Positions 32,001-42,600 of a stretch of 64,000 bases of DNA are shown piece by piece. The notes under the pieces are model-generated. The model was given only the letters and a program-made list of their open reading frames with translations. It made no database searches and was not told the origin of the DNA. Position numbers and translations under genes: made by a program. Source of the DNA: Phoronis australis (taxonomy: Eukaryota; Animalia; Phoronida); assembly GCA_002633005.1 (NCBI GenBank), contig NMRA01000631.1, forward strand, positions 64,256-128,255, written 5' to 3'. Position 1 is the first letter of the stretch; every line of letters starts with the position of its first letter.

Positions 32001-35000
32001 TGTGTAATGAAAAGCAAGACAATGTAGTTTTCTGCAATTTCCCATTTCTGACTTTAGACGTGCTATATACTAAATAGTATACAACTCATTTACTAACGCC
32101 ATAGAGCACTGCCACCCACCATTCATTTTCTTTTCTTCACATTTCATGAGGACAATTGTACTAAATAGTACACAACTCATTTTCTAACCCCTCTAACACT
32201 GCCACCCACCATTCTTTTTCTTCTCTTCGCGTTTCGCCTTCAGATCCTTCAGAGCTGACATCTTGCTGTCCTTTTTGTCGTCCATAGTTTTCCGTCGCTC
32301 TGTACTTCTCTGTTTAGCTGATTTTGGCTGTATGTAACCACTGCTGCCGCCAGCCGCTTTCTTGCTCTTTTTGCTGGCGTCCTCCTTCTTTGCCTTGCGC
32401 AGTTTGCGCTCAATCTCGCGCCTGGAATGAAGGATATAATACACAGGAGGTGGCACAAAACTTCACACCTTTTTCTCCTGTCTACCTTTCTATTCTGTAT
32501 TCCAGTTAAAAACATCACCTAATCCTTCCTCAGTCTCCATCTACCAGTTTGTAGTTAAACAACTTCCTTATCTCCCAAATTCTCTTGCCTGTCTTCAGTG
32601 CCTCCTGTCGCTCAAAACAGTTACATAACTCCCCTATCTCACTCCCTCTGCATTCCATAACTTGCTCTCAAAGCCTGCCATTGCTCAACTCAATGAAACA
32701 CCTCCCTTCTTACCCACTCCCTTACCTGTCCTCACAGCCTCTTGCCCCTGCCTCCCCCCATTCATTTACCTAGTTCATACAGCCTCCTAACCTTCCCTGC
32801 CTCATTTCTTTACCTAGTCTTCAGAACACTCCGACCTTCCCTCCCTCTCCATCCCTTACCTAGTCCTCAGAGCCTCCCGTCGCTCAATACGATTAAACAA
32901 CTCCTGCTCCCTGTCTTTCTCTGTCATCTCCTCCAATCGTTTCCTGTCCTCTTCATCTCCCACCAGATCTTCACCAAACCCATCCTCAAATTCATCCCCA
33001 AGGTCTGACTCTGCTGAACTGTTATTTTGCTCAGAGTCGGAATCAGAAACTTCCCCTAAAACAACATGCACACTGATTAAAGAAAGTTGTCTGTTTTAAA
33101 CTAAGCTGTCTGTATGTGATATTTGATAAAATTTCACTTAGCTGCGATTAAGGAAAAGATAAAACCAGGTCGTGTTCAGTAATGGAGCACATCCTTCAGC
33201 TGGATGACAGTCTACCTTTTTGCAAAAGGTAACAAGAGCAACCCCTGAGCGCTGAAATGTGCCCACGACTCAAACGCAAATGGTGTGCTCTAAATGGTGA
33301 TTTTAGTAACATAAAAATGGCCATCAAATGGCGCTGAATATGTCAAACCCGTCCTAAATTGGGAAAGCATCGTTGTCTCTCTATTACAAAACTATTTGTC
33401 AACTTTCATGAAAATCTACCAAGGATCTCCAAAGATACTGAGACAGATTTTAAAAACAAATTGTCATGAGGAAAGTCCCAAGAACTGATTTCAAAAGGCA
33501 TTACCCTCCTCTGGCTCGGAACGTCGCTCAGCCTCACTCTCAGCTTCACTTTCGGACGAGACTTTGTTCTTTTTCCCCGTCTTCTTGCCTTGTTTCACTA
33601 GCTTCTTCTTTCTTCCTCCCATAGTCCACTGGAAAATGTAACGTCATTTTAGAATTATGGCCATATCAGCACAATGACTGTTTACAGGGACGAACTACAT
33701 GGCGCTTTTGGTATTTACAGGGACAGGCTACATGGCAGTTTTGGTCATTACTGAGACTGACTACATGGCGGTTTTAGCGTTTACGGGGACGGACGACATG
33801 GCGGTTTTGGTGTTTACAGGGACGGACAAAGAGAAAAGATTTGGAAATGAGCAGTACATTCTAGAATGTCTAGGAACTGTAATTTCTCACACGATGGAGT
33901 GGATGATTATGATGTTAAGACAGCCTGCCTGGTGTTCTTGCACAATCAATAACTGATCTGGTCATTCTACTCTGTCCATTGCCTTCAGTAACCATTGTTT
34001 CTGGGCCCATATCAATTTTGCAATCAACATAAAGGATATTTAGGAACGATATTCATCAAGATATATACCCAGAATTATTTTCCTCCATATCTCTATGTAC
34101 CCCAAGCATGAGTGACAAGCATTCAAGGAATTGACAAAAGCAAAGATATTTCTACAAGTAGAATCTTTGACATAAGGATGAAAAAGCCACATTAGCATCA
34201 ACTGACATACAATGTTAAAGTAAAGACACAAGAATATGACACACTATAGACCAAGACAAAGGCAATTACCTCATCATCACTTTCAGAAGTCTCAGAATCT
34301 GACAAAGCTTTCTCATTGGCAGCTGATGATGGCTCATTGTCTGTTTTTAATTTCTTACTCTTTGTTAACGCTTTCAATTCCTGAAATAAAAATGATTAAC
34401 AGGTAACAGATTATTTAACAAAACAAAAGACTGGCATTAAAACGGCTATGAACCCACCTTCCATCACAATAAGCAACGTTTGGTTTAGAATGCTCACCAT
34501 AATTATGAAATTGGTCTCAGATTGTTCCTTAGTCAAAATAAATGTGATTTCTAGACTTGGAAAGAACTCCAAGATGACTTCTCGTGGTGTCTTTTTGTTC
34601 ACCATGAGACCATGCTTGGTAAATAAAAGGACATGCAATGACAAGTCACCTTGTAACGTCTGGTCTCGAGAAATTTCAAACTGTCAGATCTTTGCAAGAC
34701 CAAAAATCACTGTTCATCTAACCAAGAAACAAGTTACGACAATTTTATAATAGTAATGGTTTAAATCAAACATTAGCTTCTTTGACAGAACACACTTTGA
34801 AGTTCCAATGAACACACGAGTAGCCTATGTTCGGACGAAATCTATAACGGAAATATTTCCCATCATGCCAACTGATAAGGCTGTCAACTTATCGAGTTCA
34901 GTATTTCACCAATCACTTGTCAGTTCTTCCTGAGCTTTGAAATCACTTCTAATCTGAGTTTGGAACAAGTTGAGACCAACTTTCTAGTTATAGGAGATCT

Positions 35001-36245
35001 AATTCAACTTTCTGTATGTTTGACTACACACCAATTGACAGGTGGAGACATATTGAGACTTTGAATTAAATATGAAACCATCGACTACAAAAGGTTACTA
35101 CAAGATGACCTTTACAGATTTACAATTTAAACCTCATTGCAAGTGACTCTAAACCTGTATTCAGTCCGAGAAGCAAAATTTTGACTTAAAGTCCTTACTG
35201 CCACAAAATTGGTCTCAACTTGTCCCATACTCAGGCAAGAATTGATTTCAGGGTTTGCAAAGAACCGACAGGTCATTCTTTCTCAAGACCATGTTCAGCA
35301 TATGAAATGAAATACTGTGACAAGCCTGGTTTGCGACTGTCAGTTATTTCCATGCCTTGAAATCATCTCCAATTAAAAACCTATTTCATGTTAAATGGTC
35401 TAAATCAACCGATTTACTTCTCGATTGATAAAATAAAGCATATAAAACAATATGTATGGAAATGGATACCTATGACCAACAGATTAAATATAAATACATT
35501 TTCAAAACTGCAATTATCTATACCGTTCATTTTTTGTATGCAAATTATAGGATTATAAGTCACAAACCAAAAAAAGTCGTGATCTAGGCAGTATGAGAAA
35601 GTATGTCTGTCAACGGACGATGTTTAGCATCTGGCCAAGTAAACTGCACTGGTAACACAAATGAATTGAACTTAATTGTAGGAGTCAAGGACTCAAGGAC
35701 ATCACAAAGAACAATGTTTATTCACAGGTTAATTAAGTTATTGGGCTTTCAATATAAAAAGCCAGCTCCCAATGACAACTACCAGTTGCAAAGTTATCCA
35801 TGACAACCACCAACACCATCCCATACTCATAGAGCAAGTGTTGATAGACCAGAAAAGATGAGAGCTTAATTCGTCTCCCATCTCACTAAAATTTAGGACT
35901 GAATTTAGATCCAATTCATCACCATTAACCAAGTAATTGTGGACCGTTTACACCACACAATTTAATATTAATCTGTAATCGAAATATAAGACACTTTTGG
36001 ACATTCGTAGGAAAGTTACTGACGCAGCAGCAGGACAAATTGCTTTTCTGTTCTGGACTGCATTGCCGTGCAAAGATTGCACTGAATTGCTGAACCAGTG
36101 TTATGTCAGTGAACTTAACAAATTACAAATGTCAATGTCAGCCAACGAATTAGAGGATGTGGTATACCTCATCTAAGTCATCCCCACTATCACTACCATC
36201 ACTATCAGAATCAATAACTGGTTTGCTCTTTTTTCGTTTGCTCAT
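21061..36245 (-). CDS. RTF1: RNA polymerase-associated protein RTF1 homolog (PAF1 complex), about 666 aa
   Basis: 17 phase-consistent exons (2001 nt): 36168-36245, 34270-34380, 33505-33628, 32860-33055, 32210-32421, 31579-31708, 30594-30695, 29546-29636, 28385-28467, 27740-27935, 27321-27398, 26695-26816, 25778-25913, 24448-24513, 22597-22635, 21807-21936, 21061-21167. Recognisable HMD ([18 protein letters not shown]), Plus3 domain ([17 protein letters not shown]...YVRIGIG...[11 protein letters not shown]), DPFTRR, and C-terminus [20 protein letters not shown]. Confidence 0.96.
22980..23220. repeat. 38-bp minisatellite (about 6 copies), repeated after N at 23651-23810
   Basis: Unit GATGTTTACACGTCCACAAGTTATCAGTGATATCACAA. 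Confidence 0.9.
23283..23649. mobile_element. Left end of a Harbinger-like insertion present in only one of two duplicated haplotype copies
   Basis: GAAATCGTCCTG|GGCCCGGTCTCCAAT... versus uninterrupted GAAATCGTCCTG|AATTAG at about 23865-23882; truncated by the N at 23650. Confidence 0.5.
23971..24203. mobile_element. TA-flanked MITE containing a nested second MITE (about 23996-24147)
   Basis: Outer TIR TA|CAGGGGTCCTGTATTTTGA / TCAAAATACAGCACCCCTG|TA. Inner TIR CGTTCAGTAGACGCTAGGACCTA / TAGGTCCTAGCGTTACTGAACG. Confidence 0.7.
26562..26672. repeat. 26-bp minisatellite (about 4 copies)
   Basis: Unit ACAGTTCACCTCAGTCCCCAGACATT, next to the RTF1 exon 12 donor. Confidence 0.9.
28988..29507. repeat. 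(CA)n-type microsatellite flanking assembly gap
   Basis: CA runs on both sides of the N block 29042-29415. Confidence 0.9.
30942..31215 (+). mobile_element. tRNA-derived SINE relic
   Basis: B-box-like GGGTTCAATACC, CORE-like GTTGTATCTTTGAACAAGG, then CTGCGATGGACTAG...TCCAGGGGGAGTTGAAAAACTC and a GGAAGGACTTT tail. Confidence 0.6.
31352..31574. repeat. 20-bp minisatellite (about 11 copies) abutting RTF1 exon 6 donor
   Basis: Unit TGCATGCCATGCTCAGTGGC. Confidence 0.9.
33231..33455 (-). mobile_element. HINE-like fragment (3' end plus part of one monomer)
   Basis: AACAAGAGCAACCCCTGAGCGCTGAAATGTGCCCAC terminus and a diverged monomer with GGCCATCAAATGGCGCT. Confidence 0.6.
33678..33828. repeat. 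33-bp minisatellite (about 4.5 copies)
   Basis: Unit approximately TTTACAGGGACGGACTACATGGCGGTTTTGGTG. Confidence 0.85.
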
Positions 36246-36665
36246 TTTGCCATATAATGCGGCAGTATTGCGCGAAAAGTTAAAAGTTTCTGTTCAAAGT
36301 GTTGCCGAATGCGACGAATGCCTCCATTTATATGGCACCAAATGAAGCTTAGGCACACGAGTGGACAAAACAAAGTAACATTTGAAGAACCTACTTCCGC
36401 TTTGTGAATAATCGTTTATGCCATATTTATGTCATATATGGGTATTTTAAAAACAACAATATATATTATCAAAGTGTTATATGTTTTATAGAGTAATACT
36501 TTTACATTTTATTGAATATTTAAACTGAAAATACCAAGATGCAATTTTATTAAAAAATAATTTTTGGGATCTTTCTGTAGTAAGTTAAAGTCCTGGCAGG
36601 TGTTGTGAAAACCCAAATGTTGTTGAATCATCGTGATGCTAAGTGCAACTTTCTGCAGATTCTAA
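36246..36665. promoter_or_regulatory. Bidirectional promoter region RTF1/ZFYVE1
   Basis: Only 420 bp separate the divergent ATGs. ETS-type ACTTCCG near 36393 and an AT-rich central tract. Confidence 0.7.
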
Positions 36666-39600
36666 ATGTCTGCGAAGATAAGAAGAAATCCGAAGACAAG
36701 ATCATCTAAACTGTATTGTCAACAAAAGTTTTGCTGTCGAACAGATAAAGCAGAAGCGGTTTCGGAGTGTAAAGAATGCGGAAACATCCAATGTTTTGAC
36801 TGTGATAGCCAATTTCACAAAGAAAAACGCTACCAACTTCATGATCGCACGTTGTTAGAGAGTCCGTCATACGAATTATTATGTAACTACATTTCGTGCT
36901 ATGACAAAAATTACGCAGATGTTCGATGTGACGATTGCCACGGAAATTACTGTTATGAATGTAATGAAAACATTCACAGGAATTTGAAACGACATGGTCA
37001 CAAAATAATTAAAATGAAAGATTATCTCGAATCCAAAAAGAATGCCTCTGCTCCAAAAGTTGAAGATGCTGAAGAGGAGTTTCAGTCATTGGAAGAAGAT
37101 TTGTTAAAAGCTTGTGTACCTCCAAGTAATAGGGGATTTGTAATGCCAACTTCTCCAGTCCTGAGCCTCCAACCAAGTGAGAGCTCATTAACATATGTGT
37201 CTTGTCCACAGGGAGTTGACAGTTTTGGACCTGTAGAGCTGAGTCAATTTCAGCCAAATAATTCTCCTGTAATGGAACAACCAAACAGTTCTCCGAGATC
37301 ATATAAATCACCAGGTGCTATAACCGATCAGCCATCACCTAGCAAACGCGCTGTAAGCTTGGAAGGTACTGATACAAAGATGTCTTCTTCAAGTAGAAGT
37401 GATGGGTCTGAGGGACGCCACAATATACCTGATGTGGCTATAAATTTGTCAAGATCAGACCTTGATGACGAAATTTATGCAGACTGTCAAAGTTTTATGC
37501 TTGCTGACGAAAATGAAAATTTGAAGGTACTTAGGAATTTTGTAAATTTTAATTATAGCTGTGAAGTTTTGTTTTACCATACAGTAAATCTCCAAACCAA
37601 ATTGGCTTTTGAGATGTCACACCTGCTGATATAAAGTTTTCTGTTGAAATACTTGGAAAATTAAAGCCTTCCTCAAGTATATTGTTGTAATTCCAACAAA
37701 ACAGCAAACTAAGAATGGCCAATAGCAAGAGTTTTTAAATTAGTGGATACCTACAATAGAAGTCTGGTAATAAGTTTTGCTGTTCATAACATTTAACAAT
37801 TTTTCAGTGTAATCAGAGTGATGCTTTTAACATGTTGTAGGAACTTAATTTGTATATGTATTGTGTTACCTTACAAGACAGGCTACCAAAAATAGACCTC
37901 TTTTTAGCAGAATGAGGACATAATCTAAGTTCTTTAGAATTACTCATTTTTGTTTCTTAGTGTTTGTATGTTTTATGATTTATGATTGTAGCTGTGTTGT
38001 ATGTGTGCGTGTGCACACGCATGTGTGTGTTTGTGTGTGTGTGTGTGCGCGTGTGTGTCTGTATGTGTTTGTATATGATATGTGTACATGTTTTTCTCAT
38101 TTTGTTTCAATTCTGTTTTCATTGATAAACATGTTTTTAAATTTTTGAGAAACAAAATATTTACATAAACAAAATAATTGAATTAAAACATGACGTGGGT
38201 TATTGCTGAAACATTTGATTATTTGTTTTGTTTGTTTGTTTGTTTTTAGTGTAGCAGTGCAGAAGACTTCCTTAATAAATTAGGCTGTGATGATCCAGAA
38301 GCCAGTGTCAAGGTTGTTTCCGTGTTTGGAAACACTGGGGATGGTAAATCCTACACACTGAACCACACATTTTTCGGTGGCAGGGAAGTCTTTAAAACGT
38401 CCTCAAACCAGACATCTTGTACTATTGGTGTTTGGGCTGCTTACGACCAGGTTCACAAAGCTATCATTATTGATACAGAGGGCCTGCTTGGCATTTCAAC
38501 CAATCAGAATCAGCGCACACGTTTGCTTCTGAAAGTCCTGGCCATCTCGGATGTGGTGGTATATCGTACAAGGGCTGAAAGACTTCACAGTGACCTTTAT
38601 CGGTTCTTAGGCGATGCATCCCAAGCCTTCGACAAACACTTCATTGGAGAGCTGGAGCAGAAAGCCAAAAAAATGCACCTCCCTCTTTCTGATTTAGGTC
38701 CGTCTGTCATAGTTTTCCATGAAACTCAGTACACCGACGTTCTTGGTCGAGGTAACACTTTAATTTTCTAGTTATAGTCTAAAGATTTAAGAGTCTGAAT
38801 CTTCTACCTCTTAATCTCGTACAGTTGTGTCTTTGTTCCATTTTTGTTTTTTCATTGAGATGTCAAAAGTATAACTTATGTTTAATTTTATCTTGTGTAT
38901 TCAAGACCTTCAGTCTTTCACATGTTTAATTTTCAAAGAAATTAGCAGCTTTATACTTTTCTAACAAACCTTACAGTCTGTTCACACATCATTCTTAGTC
39001 ATAAAACAGAGAAATAGTGATTTGATAGTGAATAAATTACTGTTTCGTGGTATTACTTTATTTTTTTTATTCCTAGATTCGCCTAAACGTCCAGAAGACC
39101 TGATGCGAGAGCGTTTTGCAGAAGAAGGCTATAACAATTTGAAGACTTTCAAGGCCTTGGTGTACGTAGGATCACGAACGAAAACTGGTGCACAGACAGA
39201 TTTCAAAGGATTACGGAAAGCTGTAAAAGAACAGTTGGTGAACAGAGAAATTAGGTCACCTAGGAAATTTGAGGTCATTTTTCAAGCGTTGCAGGTGAGC
39301 TGATACTACCCTGTGACATTTATTTTGTGTAAAAACATTGCCTATGTCATGTTTTTGTGAAGTTGTATAAATGACATACTTTTCACATGCTGTGTATTGT
39401 GTAATGTAAATGTTTGTACAAACTTGACAAGCCTTGATTTTGAAAGTCAACAGTAACTTTCACATAGCTCTAATTACAACAAGCCAAACTCCAGTAAATC
39501 TAGTTAGCTATGGTTGAAGCAGTCAATTATCTCCATTTTATCCTTGGCGTTATGATATATAGTTATGAACTGACAAATTCAACATGAGCCTAAACAATGG

Positions 39601-42600
39601 CTTTCAAAAGAGTGTTTCTGTGGACTCTTTTAGTAAGTAAAAGCTGCTAAAATTGCTTGTATTCTCTAACTATGATTTGCAGGTGCTGAACAAGAAGTTT
39701 AGTGGAGACATAGAGAAGATCCTTCCACTCACTTTCCCTGATCAGTACTTCACCTGCTCCATGGTGTGTTTGTCATGCAAGTAAGTGCTTTTTCAGAATA
39801 ACGGAAAAAGAGATGGCATTTATGGAATCATACTTCTTTCACAGTTTTAGAGGCTTTGGATGGAATTCACATATTTCAGTAGTGGATATCATAATTTATT
39901 TTTGTTGCTTTATTTTGATAAATTATAAATGTGATCTTATTAATTCATTGCACAAGACCGATTTTGGCTACAACTTAGTTGATGACCGCTTTGTATCTGA
40001 TATATTCATGCAGTTTTACATTCTTTGTGATGGTTGCACTGTTTTTTGGCAATAGTAAGATATAAAATGCCCACATTTTGAGAACCAGTTTGATGCCTGT
40101 TTTTCTAATTTATGCTGGTTGAGAAACAATTGACATTGCTTGAAGCAATATATTGGTGATATCTTTTTATGTGTTTTTGGTACGAAAACCATTGTAATTA
40201 TATTGCTTTGATTTATCTGTCCTAAAAGCTAATAAAACTTTGTTATTTAACACTTTGAAGTAGCAGAACAAATTTTGCTGATTTACAAATGGGAAAGAAC
40301 AGAATTTTAATTTTGCAAAATCAGATTTCTTTGTTTGTGGAAAAAAACATTACGCCAGGGTCTCTATATTTCTGAGGTATTTTGCAGATTGTGGAATGCT
40401 GAAGAGAAATATACAACAGATTTTGGTTCAAGTTGGTCTATGATAAAGTTGGCAAATGAATTTTATAAAAGTGGTGATAAAGATATACTCCCCTGTGAGT
40501 TATTGTTAAGTTTTTAGCACTTGATGTGTTCTCATGCCACTGTGTTAGGTTGTGACAGGGGGTCTGTTGGTCATTTCAGTGTTCGTTGCCAGAACAGCAT
40601 GAATCACAATACAGAGGACATTCCTCACTCTGTCGCAGACTCGGCGTGCATTTTTCAACAGAAATTTGACAACAAAGTCTACCTGTGCAAGGTAAGCTGA
40701 CAAGTCGTCTCATTGTCTAAAGGCAACTTGACAGAGGTTTTACAGAGACTGAAGCATTCAACTGTTTAAAAAGTAAATCTTCGAGTCATGAGGCTCATTG
40801 GTCAGGTTGCAAAGCCTAGTTTCTGTAGCATGTGTGAATGGAAATCATTTGACACTCCCTAGATGGATTGCTAGTTTTAGTTAGTTCAACTGAGTCGATT
40901 AGAGCAATGTAGCTTGAAGCAGCTGTAAAATTAACTTCCGTCAAAGAAGAGGAAACTTTTGATTCAGTCCTTGTACCATGATCATAAAACTGGTTGCAGT
41001 TTGTTCCTTCCCCAGGCAAGAAGTGGTTTCTGGGCTTGGAATGACCTGACTGGCTGTTATTGCTGGAAACACTGACTGGTTGTTATTGCTGGAAACAATT
41101 CCTATCATCTACAATGACCCGCAATGACAAACTAAGTTACCCAACCTGTTCACTAGCAATAACGAAAAGTCAATTCGTCCCAAGTTCAGATATCACCTCT
41201 AATCTGAATAAGGAACAAGTTGACCTCTTTTATAATCATGATAACTTGGTAAATAGTCTAAATCAAAAGCTGTTTCTTTATGAAAGATGTGTTTACATAC
41301 GCTTGCCTTGACAGCAGTAGCATGGTATCCAACTCACTACTTTCTTGTTTTGAGCCCACTAGGTTATTTTAATAAATGTGGTTATTAAAATAACCACATT
41401 TATTATGCGCCCACATATTTATATGTGGACGCATTATGCCGTCATCTCCGTCCGTCCGTCCGTCTGGGCAGCGTCCGTCCGGCGTCCGCTGCTTTATCTC
41501 CAAAACCCTTTGACATACGTTCATGAAATTTGGCACATATGTTCCATTCATGAATGGGACGGCATGAGCAAACTTTCGGCAGATTCGACTACCGGTGTGC
41601 TCCCTAATGGCAATTTTAGTTTTTTACGCTTACCTTTGTATCTTCAAAAGTACTGAACGGATTTTCATGAAATTTGGTGTGTAGGCACCTATTAGTGAGA
41701 TGACGGTATTTTCCCGTTTTCGAATGGATTAGACATAGTTTGCGCCACCTAGTGGCCATTTTTACTGTTTTCGAGTCTGTTTTTTTGCGTCCACCCCTCT
41801 ATCAACCAAACTGCTCAAAGGATGATTGTGAAAATTGGCATGTATGTGCTTACTATGAAGAGGATAGTTGACGATGATTTTCCAACGATTTCAACTATTG
41901 TGGCGCCTTTTGTTTTTTGCGCCTATGGCTGTATCTCCTAAACCGTTCGCAAGATCTTTACGAAATTTAGTAAGTATATTTATATGATATTAACAACAGA
42001 CGGCGACGACTTTTGGACAGATCCAAAAACAGGTGTGCCCCCTAATGGCAATTTTATTTTTTTTACGTTTACCTTTGTATCTTCAAAAGTCCTTTATGGA
42101 TTTTCATGAAATTTAATATGTCGCACATATTAGTGAGTTGACGCTATCCTCCGGATGGATTTGACGTACTTTGCGCCACCTAGTGGCCATTTTTACTGTT
42201 TTCGAGTCTGTTTTTTTGCGTCCACCCCTCTATCAACCAAACCGCTCAAAGGATGATCGTGAAAATTGGCAGGTATGTGCTTACTATGAAGAGGACGGTT
42301 GACGATGATTTTTCGACGATTTCGACTACTGTGGCACCTCCTAGTGGCAGTTTTGTTTTTGTTGCGCCTATGGCTGTATCTCCTAAACTGTTCGCAGGAT
42401 CTTTACTTAATTTAGCTAGTGTATTTATATGATGTTGGCTACGGATGACGACGACTTTCGGACAGATCTGACTACTGCTGTGCCCCCTAGTGGCAATTTT
42501 AGTTTTTTATGTTTAACTCAGTATCTTCAAAGGTCCTCAACAGATTTTCATAAAATTTTAAGTATAGGCATCTATTGGTGTGATGACGCTATCTTCCTGT

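Noticed and set aside
36666-37020. Tandem B-box-like modules in ZFYVE1 as a novelty
   Set aside because: As I recall, vertebrate DFCP1 has the same two N-terminal Zn modules.
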